Shown one piece after another: positions 1 to 6,563 of a stretch of 10,318 bases of DNA. The position numbers and the translations under genes were made by a program. Within the stretch, counting starts at the first letter, position 1. Each line of letters opens with the position of its first letter. This stretch comes from Candidatus Bathyarchaeia archaeon (lineage in GTDB: Archaea; Thermoproteota; Bathyarchaeia; Bathyarchaeales; Bathycorpusculaceae). Below the pieces are notes generated by a model. That model saw nothing but the letters and a program-made list of their open reading frames with translations. It did no database searches and was not told the DNA's origin. The stretch covers positions 1 through 10,318 of the forward strand of contig JAVZLK010000047.1 of the NCBI GenBank assembly GCA_038883795.1, given 5' to 3'.

Positions 1-83
1 CCCTTTCACCATAAAACCCAAGTGCCATTTGCTGCACTGAGCTTTTGGTAAAGGCTAGTTACATGCAGAAAAGCCACCCAACC

Positions 84-91
84 ATATAAAT
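84..91 (-). promoter_or_regulatory. Putative TATA box (ATTTATAT) for a minus-strand gene leaving the window on the left
   Basis: TATA-like octamer just after the permease stop. Minus-strand ATGs at 28 and 12 open frames that run off the window. Confidence 0.3.
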
Positions 92-103
92 CTTGCTAAG
101 TCT

Positions 104-1375
104 TTATTCATAACGTAATGCTTCCACTGGGTTTAGTTTTGCCGCTTTCCTTGCTGGGTATAAGCCAAATATTATGCATACGATTATGGCAAAAACAAAA
201 GCGATCACAGTCCACTCTGGAGAGAAAACCGGGTTCACAAGCATCCTTTGGGTTTCTGGCGCTTGAAAAACTGTGTCTTGCCTTTGAGGCTGCATAAAGT
301 TGGAAAGTATTCGCGCCAGCCCATATGACAAGCCATAACCAGTGAAGGCGCCTATAAAACCGCCAATAACCCCTATCAACACTGCTTCTGCAAGAAACAT
401 GCCCAAAACCGTTCGGCTTTTAGCTCCAATAGCCTTTAAAATGCCTATTTCACGGGTTCGCTCCATAACCGCAACGGTCATAATATTCATTATGCCAACT
501 CCAGCAACCAAAAGCGAAATAGAGCCAATAGCCACCAAAAACATCTGGACAACGTTTAAAATATAGTCGACCTGACGCATTAAAGCAGAAGGCACAAAAA
601 CCGTAATGGAATATGGTGGAAAAAGCTTCTCAATTTCTTTGGCTACGCTCTCCGCATATTGCGGATCAGAAACTTTAACGAGAATAATTTGGTATGGCTC
701 TGCCTTATCTTTAAAGAAGGGCATTTCAAGGGCAGTTTCGATGGGAATGAAAGCCCAATAATCAAAGTTTGTTATTCCAGAAGTTCCTCCCTTCTCCAAT
801 ACGCCACTAACTGTAAAATTGTTAGTATAGATAACATAACCACCACTTTTCACTATTAACGAAACGTTGTCTCCAACACCCGCCACCAATGTTTCATTCA
901 CTCTGCTAGCTTTGTAGCCGAGGATAATGGATTGGTTCTCGCCCGCTTGCGGAAATGTTCCATCTGATAAGCGGAATCTTAAAGGAAGTATTTCCTTCAT
1001 CTCAGTAAAGTTTACGGCGCCAACTGTAAAGGCGCCAAGCTTAACGCCTGTTTCGTTGTAAAGTTCGGCTGTGGGTATAGTGATTAATGGTGTTGTAACG
1101 TTTACATGATCTATTTCAGTAATATTTTCAACGTTTGTTTTGCTAAATCCTCCGGTTAAGCCGGCTGTAAAGCTTCCTGGGAATACTATTAATACGTCGA
1201 GTTCGAAGCCTTGTTCCATTCTTTGTTTCACTTCTAACCGGAAGCCTTCGCCCAATGAAGCAATTCCTATTATTGTTGTTATTCCAATGATAACGCCGAG
1301 GGTTGTAAGCGAAGTTCTCAGTTTTCTCTGTTTAAGGTTCTCCCAAGCCATAGCCAATATTTTGCTTATTTTCAA
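104..1375 (-). CDS. MacB/FtsX-family ABC transporter permease (one N-terminal TM, large extracytoplasmic domain, three C-terminal TMs)
   Basis: N-terminal 'MAWENLKQRKLRTSLTTLGVIIGI', FtsX signature 'GIMNIMTVAVMERTREIGILKAIGA' and C-terminal 'GLYPARKAAKLNPVEALRYE'. The TTG start overlaps the TGA stop of the ATPase gene (TTGA, 1372-1375). Eight N-X-S/T sequons lie in the extracytoplasmic part. Confidence 0.95.
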   Translation of the reverse strand: MKISKILAMAWENLKQRKLRTSLTTLGVIIGITTIIGIASLGEGFRLEVKQRMEQGFELDVLIVFPGSFTAGLTGGFSKTNVENITEIDHVNVTTPLITIPTAELYNETGVKLGAFTVGAVNFTEMKEILPLRFRLSDGTFPQAGENQSIILGYKASRVNETLVAGVGDNVSLIVKSGGYVIYTNNFTVSGVLEKGGTSGITNFDYWAFIPIETALEMPFFKDKAEPYQIILVKVSDPQYAESVAKEIEKLFPPYSITVFVPSALMRQVDYILNVVQMFLVAIGSISLLVAGVGIMNIMTVAVMERTREIGILKAIGAKSRTVLGMFLAEAVLIGVIGGFIGAFTGYGLSYGLARILSNFMQPQRQDTVFQAPETQRMLVNPVFSPEWTVIAFVFAIIVCIIFGLYPARKAAKLNPVEALRYE

Positions 1376-2076
1376 GGCTTATTCCTCCTCGGCGCTTCCT
1401 TTATTCCTTCAATTAAGCCATCTTTGAGGTGGATTATACGGTGGGCGGTTTCTGCAATGTGCGGGTCGTGGGTGACAACCACGAATGTTTGCCCTTTCTT
1501 TTCGTTTAATTCCTTCATCAGCTGCACTATTTCCCAGCCAGTTTTCGTATCCAAATTCCCCGTGGGCTCATCGGCTAAAACAATTTTTGGATTGTTAATT
1601 AGGGCTCTGGCTATGGCTACACGCTGCTGTTCTCCGCCGCTTAACTCGGATGGTTTATGGTTCATCCGAGCCTCTAAACCCACAAGCCTCAACATTTCTT
1701 TAGCTCTTTTAAGCGATTCCTCTTCGGATGCGCCAGCAATCGTCAATGGTAACTGAACATTTTTTAAAGCTGTAAGTCTTGGAAGTAGATTAAAAAATTG
1801 GAAGACAAAACCGATTTTTTTGAGGCGAAGCTCAGCCAACTCGTCATCGCTCATTTTGAGAACATCAGAACCGTCAATTAGTATTTCTCCCTCGTCTGGA
1901 CGGTCCAAACATCCTATCAGATGCAGCAAAGTTGATTTTCCACTTCCAGAAGGACCAAAAATAGTAACCAGTTCCCCTTCCTCAACTTCGAAGCTTACCC
2001 CACGCAGGGCTGGAACTACCACTTTGCCCATTCGATAACTCTTTTTGACATCATTGACTTCAAGGATTGTTGTCAT
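1372..2076 (-). CDS. ABC transporter ATP-binding protein, LolD/MacB(SalX)-like
   Basis: Walker A GPSGSGKS, 'GFVFQFFNL', signature LSGGEQQR, Walker B IVLADEPTGNLD and H-loop VTHD. ATG at 2076 (MTTILEVNDVKKSY) matches the family N-terminus; the ORF track extends it to a TTG at 2100. Confidence 0.95.
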   Translation of the reverse strand: MTTILEVNDVKKSYRMGKVVVPALRGVSFEVEEGELVTIFGPSGSGKSTLLHLIGCLDRPDEGEILIDGSDVLKMSDDELAELRLKKIGFVFQFFNLLPRLTALKNVQLPLTIAGASEEESLKRAKEMLRLVGLEARMNHKPSELSGGEQQRVAIARALINNPKIVLADEPTGNLDTKTGWEIVQLMKELNEKKGQTFVVVTHDPHIAETAHRIIHLKDGLIEGIKEAPRRNKP

Positions 2077-2121
2077 ACATCTTCCAGCCTTCGAAAACAA
2101 CTTTATGGGTTAATTTGCTTT

Positions 2122-2129
2122 TTTATAAA
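2122..2129 (-). promoter_or_regulatory. Putative internal TATA box (TTTATAAA) upstream of the ABC ATPase
   Basis: Consensus-like archaeal TATA preceded on the minus strand by purine-rich AAAAGTGAAG, in the gap between the Yip1 gene and the ATPase gene. Confidence 0.5.
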
Positions 2130-2142
2130 CTTCACTTTTAAT

Positions 2143-3306
2143 TTAGATTCCAAATATTATGCCCACTAAGAATATGCTGGCAAAGTAAGATAAGGCGCCT
2201 ATTAGAAAGCTTTTCGTCCAAGAAAACTGGGTTAGCGATTGAGTGGCAATTGCGCATAATCCCATAGTCCACAAGTATATTGCTATTTGGACATACCAGT
2301 AAATTTGGTTAACAAGCCCAATATCCTCTAACAATTTGGCAATAGCATTCTCTCTTTCTCCATTCACGCCGCCGAGCAAATCAAAACCATAATAAAGCGT
2401 TGGTAAAGTTGAGAATGTTATGGCGTTTATTACCGCTTGTATAAACATGGTTATAAGAGCAAAACCCACTAAAATCAGCACGGGTCTCCATAAGATTTTT
2501 GCTCCAAAAGCCCTAACCATTATGTAAAGCAGCCCTCCAAGAATAATCCATCTAAAAACAAACTGCGTGAAAGCAGAAAGCGAAAAGCTAAGCATATCAA
2601 CAACACCTGTCAAGGAAGGTTTAAAGATGCCTCCAAAAAACAATCCATCAACCAATAATGTTATGTTCCAGTTTTCGCTCCATTTAAACTCTAATTTCAG
2701 ACCCGTAATATTAGCCCAACTTGCAGCATCGCTATTATTTAACCAATTCTTCCCAAGCGGAATTGTTAAGTTATTCCAAACGTTAACAGTTGAACTTACA
2801 AAATTGTCTGTTAGGTTATAATAAAAGTATTCGGATGGGGTTGACGAAAATAGGAAAATGGTTACGTTTTCAGGGCTTTGCTCTGGACTTGTCCATTTTA
2901 TTCTTAAGTATAAAATTTTGTAACCGTCGGGTTCTGAGCAGTTTATGTTTACAGTATCATTTAGCTGCATCCAGATTTGGTTGCTATCATTAACAGAGAA
3001 TTGGATACTTCTGTTTCCATAATAGGCTTCACTTCCACTTATATAATCAATGAAATTTTCCTCGCAGAGTACCCCATCTGGAACAGTCCATAAAGTGGAG
3101 TTTTCCGTCCACATATCTAATTGTTGAGCCGTTGGCAAAGTTTCTTCGACGTATTGTTTAGAAAATAAAGTGTAGGCAAATCCCATATCTGCCGCAATAA
3201 AAAGAATCATTACTAAAATTGGTCCAATGTATTTTGGGTCTTGGATCATCTCTTTAAATGCCTTGTGAGGTGCGTATATGACTTTGAATATTCCGTAAGC
3301 AAACAA
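2143..3306 (-). CDS. Yip1-domain membrane protein with an inserted extracytoplasmic beta-sandwich (CBM/galactose-binding-like) domain
   Basis: Yip1-type N-terminus 'VIYAPHKAFKEM', one TM, about 180 soluble residues, then several TMs ending in the Yip1-like 'QSLTQFSWTKSFLIG'. TTG start with GGAG upstream. Confidence 0.7.
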   Translation of the reverse strand: MFAYGIFKVIYAPHKAFKEMIQDPKYIGPILVMILFIAADMGFAYTLFSKQYVEETLPTAQQLDMWTENSTLWTVPDGVLCEENFIDYISGSEAYYGNRSIQFSVNDSNQIWMQLNDTVNINCSEPDGYKILYLRIKWTSPEQSPENVTIFLFSSTPSEYFYYNLTDNFVSSTVNVWNNLTIPLGKNWLNNSDAASWANITGLKLEFKWSENWNITLLVDGLFFGGIFKPSLTGVVDMLSFSLSAFTQFVFRWIILGGLLYIMVRAFGAKILWRPVLILVGFALITMFIQAVINAITFSTLPTLYYGFDLLGGVNGERENAIAKLLEDIGLVNQIYWYVQIAIYLWTMGLCAIATQSLTQFSWTKSFLIGALSYFASIFLVGIIFGI

Positions 3307-3354
3307 TTTTCTGCTCCGCCACTAAATCTCTTTTTAGGGTTTATTAAGGGTTTG

Positions 3355-4863
3355 CTACATTCCCACTTTTAATCGCCTATAAGTTGTATAATCCACATAG
3401 TTCAAGAATGGATTTTCAGCTTGATACTTAACTGTGAGCTTCTGGCGTTTTCGCTTCTCAAGTATTTGATTTGTGGTGATAAGCGAATAGGCGTCGCTTC
3501 CCGCTCCTGAACCATAGCTTACGATTAGGATGCGCTCGTTTGGTTTGGCTACGTCGAGAACAGATGCTAATCCGAGGGGTGAAGAGCCAGAATATGTGTT
3601 GCCAAATTTGGCTACTTGAATTGATGGCAAATACTGTTCTTCTCTGAAGCCAAGTTCTTTGGCAACTTTCATCGGAAATTGAACGTTGGGCTGATGGGCA
3701 ACAAAATAATTAACGTCTTCAACTTTAAGGTTAAGCCTTTCCATAAGTTTTCTCGCAGCTTTGCGGATATGCTTAAAGTAGGCTGGTTCTCCTGTGAATC
3801 TTCCACCATGCATTGGGTATGGTTCGCCGTCTCTGCGCCAAAAGTCCGGCGTGTCCGAGGTGCATGAGTACCATCCTTCAACCTCAGCAATCACATCATT
3901 TTTTCCGAAGATGTAGGCGCATGCGCCGAATCCGACGAAGAGGTCTAATTCTCCGCCTGGGCAGTCTCTTGGGGCGGCTTGGGAATTGTCTGTGCCTATC
4001 ACCATAGCGTATGGAATGTTTGATTTTGGATAATTAACCAGTGAGGCTGCATCCTTAAACATGCTTGTGGCAGCCTTGCAAGCGAATTCCGTATCTACGG
4101 CATCCACGCCTTGAACATCTTCGTCTTCTTCGCCGAGTTTAAGGACCTGCGCAACTTTTGAGGCTATGGGTTTAACAGCGTATGGGTTAGATTCTGAACC
4201 AACATAAACTTTTCCAATAAGGGTGCTGTCAACTCCAGAATGGATTAGGGCGAGTTTTCCAGCTTCTACAGCCGCAGTTATGGAGTCTTCGTCGATGAAG
4301 GGGACTGAACGTTCCATATTGCCCTCTTTAATTCTGAATCTTGAAAGGTAAACTCCATAACCTACTATTCCAGGCGTCTCATACGTTTTATTTGGCTTAA
4401 CCACATTGTATTCTTGATGTGGATAATATTCATCGGCGAATGTGAAGGCTAGAGAGATTGTTGGAATTACGTCGCTTCTGTCCACAGAATAGCGTCTCCT
4501 AAACCTTGGAACCACTTCCTTTCCCTCAAAAGCTGAAAAGTCGATTTCTTCGCCATCCTTCATTATTTTGTCAGTTAATCTTCCTGGGACGCGGATTTTG
4601 CCATTGTGAAAGGAAACAATGCCATAAATGTATTTTCCAAGTTTTGTGAATTTGTTTGTTGGTTCGTTGATGAGTGTGCAGATTTCAAGCTTGCCCTTCT
4701 CGTAGAATAGGTCTATGTCAACCATTTTTCCGAAGCTTTTTCTCCCACAAACGCCGCAATAATCCCTAACCTCAAAATATTCTTTCCCGCAGATTCCGCA
4801 GCGTCTTCCCCTTAACCTATCGCCTAAATAGGAAACTCTTCTCTCTATTGGTTCACTGCTCAT
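3355..4863 (-). CDS. Fusion of an N-terminal DUF35 (Zn-ribbon + OB-fold) domain and an archaeal-type hydroxymethylglutaryl-CoA synthase
   Basis: Residues 1 to about 143 have C22xxC25...C36xxC39 followed by an OB-fold-like 'YIYGIVSF...VPGRLTD...GKEVVPRFRR'. From G165 the HMGCS motifs follow: GIVGYG, DED, VGSE224S-PYAVKP, EFAC262KA, DTPDFWRR, HGGRFTGEPAYF, H390QPN, GNTYSG, SYGSGAGSDA. Confidence 0.92.
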   Translation of the reverse strand: MSSEPIERRVSYLGDRLRGRRCGICGKEYFEVRDYCGVCGRKSFGKMVDIDLFYEKGKLEICTLINEPTNKFTKLGKYIYGIVSFHNGKIRVPGRLTDKIMKDGEEIDFSAFEGKEVVPRFRRRYSVDRSDVIPTISLAFTFADEYYPHQEYNVVKPNKTYETPGIVGYGVYLSRFRIKEGNMERSVPFIDEDSITAAVEAGKLALIHSGVDSTLIGKVYVGSESNPYAVKPIASKVAQVLKLGEEDEDVQGVDAVDTEFACKAATSMFKDAASLVNYPKSNIPYAMVIGTDNSQAAPRDCPGGELDLFVGFGACAYIFGKNDVIAEVEGWYSCTSDTPDFWRRDGEPYPMHGGRFTGEPAYFKHIRKAARKLMERLNLKVEDVNYFVAHQPNVQFPMKVAKELGFREEQYLPSIQVAKFGNTYSGSSPLGLASVLDVAKPNERILIVSYGSGAGSDAYSLITTNQILEKRKRQKLTVKYQAENPFLNYVDYTTYRRLKVGM

Positions 4864-6062
4864 TTATGGTTCCTCCCTAAAATGTAAACGTAACTTTTAG
4901 TTCCAAAACCCTCCAATTCAACCACGCATCCGTAATTCAGTTTTTCATTGCTTTGGGCTTGGCGTTCTCCTGCCTCGCCTCTTAACTGTTTGAAAACTTC
5001 GAAAATTTGGGCTCCGCCAGTAGCTCCTAGGGGGTTTCCATCCGCTTTTAATCCACCGTTGAGGTTTGTGAATAGCTTTTTCCCGTTAATTTCATAATAG
5101 CCCCTATAATCTTGACAGCTTTTGTATATGCTTTGCCAAGCCTTTCCACGTTCGCAGAATCCCAAATCCTCCAGCGTAATCATCTCCATAACCGTTGACT
5201 GATCATAAAGTTCCAAAACTTGTATGTCCCAAAGGCTTATTCCAGCCATCTTTAAAGCATTTTTTATGGCGATTTGGCTTGCAAGAAAATGGGTTAGGTT
5301 TGCCCTTGATGGAAAAGTGAGATAATCCGTGGCGGAAGAAGAACCGAGAATGTAGACGGGTGTGTCGGTAAACTTTTCCGCAAAATCTTCGCTTGTTAAA
5401 ATAAGCGCAGAAGCACCATCAGAGATTGGCGCATAATCGTAAAGCCCCAAGGGTTTTCGCGCTTCTTTCCTAGCGTTTAAAACTTGCTCAACAGTTATTT
5501 TCCTCTGATATTGCGCATATTCGTTTTTTGTTGCATGCAAATGGTTTTTAACTGATATTTGGGCTAAAGCAATGTTTAACTTTTCAAGGTTTTCGCCATT
5601 TATCCCATACTTTTTAATGTAAGCCCTAAGCATAAGCTCATGGTTTGCTTCTGGCGTGCACCCAGCATAATAGCTCCAAGGGTCTTCAAGAAGCATAAGG
5701 TCATCGCGGATTTTGTCCCAGCGGTCTGTCATTTTCTCTATTCCGCCAACCAAAACCACATTGTACCTTCCAGCTTGGATGGCGTTGCAAGCATTCATTA
5801 AGGCTGAGCTGAAGGAGCGGGTTACTTCCATTGGAACATGCAATTCCGTAAGTTCTGAAAGGAAACCCTCTTCAAGTCCAAGCTTGTTCGTTATTGGCAG
5901 GAAATAGTCTGAAAGGTAACATGCTTCGAGGTCTTTGCGTTCTATGCCCGCTTCTTGCGAAGCCTTAAGCCAAGCCTCTTCGATAAGCTTTTCAGGCTCC
6001 TTTTCGTAATGTTCGCCGAATTTTGTTCTTCCAACCGCAACTATAGCTGGATGGTTCCCCAT
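4860..6062 (-). CDS. Thiolase-fold (archaeal acetyl-CoA acetyltransferase/SCP-x-like) protein with degenerate catalytic motifs
   Basis: Fold motifs are retained: 'GRTKFGE', 'VLVGGIEKM', 'VKNH', 'PISDGASAL', 'EDLGFCERG', 'NGGLKA.G.P.GATG', 'QLRGEAGERQ'. Catalytic positions are altered (see findings). AGGTG SD-like motif upstream; ATGA overlap with the HMGCS gene at 4860-4863. Confidence 0.9.
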   Translation of the reverse strand: MGNHPAIVAVGRTKFGEHYEKEPEKLIEEAWLKASQEAGIERKDLEACYLSDYFLPITNKLGLEEGFLSELTELHVPMEVTRSFSSALMNACNAIQAGRYNVVLVGGIEKMTDRWDKIRDDLMLLEDPWSYYAGCTPEANHELMLRAYIKKYGINGENLEKLNIALAQISVKNHLHATKNEYAQYQRKITVEQVLNARKEARKPLGLYDYAPISDGASALILTSEDFAEKFTDTPVYILGSSSATDYLTFPSRANLTHFLASQIAIKNALKMAGISLWDIQVLELYDQSTVMEMITLEDLGFCERGKAWQSIYKSCQDYRGYYEINGKKLFTNLNGGLKADGNPLGATGGAQIFEVFKQLRGEAGERQAQSNEKLNYGCVVELEGFGTKSYVYILGRNHK

Positions 6063-6103
6063 TACTTTTTACACCTTTTATTGTCAATTAGCAAATATCC
6101 CTT

Positions 6104-6135
6104 CCAAAATGACTTTTAAGTGTTTGCCATTTTGG
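6104..6135. repeat. Perfect 8-bp inverted repeat CCAAAATG-N16-CATTTTGG in the divergent intergenic region
   Basis: CCAAAATG at 6104-6111 and CATTTTGG at 6128-6135. Confidence 0.6.
6113..6120 (-). promoter_or_regulatory. Putative TATA box (CTTAAAAG) for the thiolase-HMGCS operon
   Basis: AT-rich octamer about 50 nt upstream of ATG 6062, preceded on the minus strand by GGCAAAC and bracketed by an 8-bp inverted repeat. Confidence 0.5.
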
Positions 6136-6140
6136 GGTTC

Positions 6141-6155
6141 CAGAAAATTATAATT
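6141..6155 (+). promoter_or_regulatory. Putative BRE/TATA (CAGAAAA-TTATAA) for the TIGR04076-like gene
   Basis: Purine-rich run followed by TTATAA (6148-6153), about 43 nt upstream of ATG 6196. Confidence 0.55.
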
Positions 6156-6195
6156 CCATTCAAACAATATGTAATGAGAATTTGAGGCGAAGCCT

Positions 6196-6510
6196 ATGCA
6201 AAACAGAAAAAATTATCGTTTAATTATAACCGTTAAGGAAATACGGGGAAAATGTCCAGTCTTCAAAGTTGGAGACACGATAACAGTAGAATCGCCAAAA
6301 ATTGTCATCAACAAAACGGACAACCTTTGCATTCACGCCTTTGGTTCCTTGCTTTCAATGATTGTGCCCCTAAGTCATGGAGTAAGCTTTAAACAATTAG
6401 GTTTAGCAAAGGAAGATGGAGAAAAAGGTTATATTCAATGTTTAGACCCTGGAAAACCCTACACGGACGGCGGAACAGTACTCTTCGAAATAAGGCGAGA
6501 AAGAATCTGA
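6196..6510 (+). CDS. TIGR04076-like small Cys-containing protein (uncharacterised, probably metal-binding)
   Basis: Pattern 'ITVKEIRGKC20PVFKVGD...LC45IH47AF...QC82LDPG...GGTVLFEI' matches my recollection of TIGR04076 proteins. GAGG upstream of the ATG. Confidence 0.75.
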   Translation: MQNRKNYRLIITVKEIRGKCPVFKVGDTITVESPKIVINKTDNLCIHAFGSLLSMIVPLSHGVSFKQLGLAKEDGEKGYIQCLDPGKPYTDGGTVLFEIRRERI

Positions 6511-6528
6511 AGGTATTGTTCAAAAAAC

Positions 6529-6536
6529 TTTTATTT
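6529..6536 (+). promoter_or_regulatory. Putative TATA box (TTTTATTT) for the membrane protein gene at 6564
   Basis: Preceded by AAAAAAC and located about 28 nt upstream of GTG 6564. Confidence 0.35.
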
Positions 6537-6563
6537 CATGGCGTTGAATAGGCTAACCATTAA

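Noticed and set aside
1-28. Start of a minus-strand CDS (ATG at 28 or 12)
   Set aside because: Only 4-9 codons are visible in two different frames, so it cannot be assigned.
5787-5795. 'NAC92' in the thiolase as the catalytic ENAC motif
   Set aside because: It lies 17 residues before the E of EKM, whereas the canonical nucleophile is about 28 residues before (equivalent to T81 here). C92 falls in the following helix.
342-5907. Short alternative ORFs inside the minus-strand genes (342-566, 659-859, 1140-1427, 1424-1756, 1820-2038, 2567-2821, 2790-2993, 3669-3890, 3679-3867, 3813-4007, 5713-5907)
   Set aside because: They are antisense or off-frame shadows of well-supported genes and show no recognisable motifs.
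4860-6062. Calling the thiolase a pseudogene
   Set aside because: No stops or frameshifts, full length, SD-like motif and translational coupling are present, and structural motifs are conserved while catalytic ones are changed.
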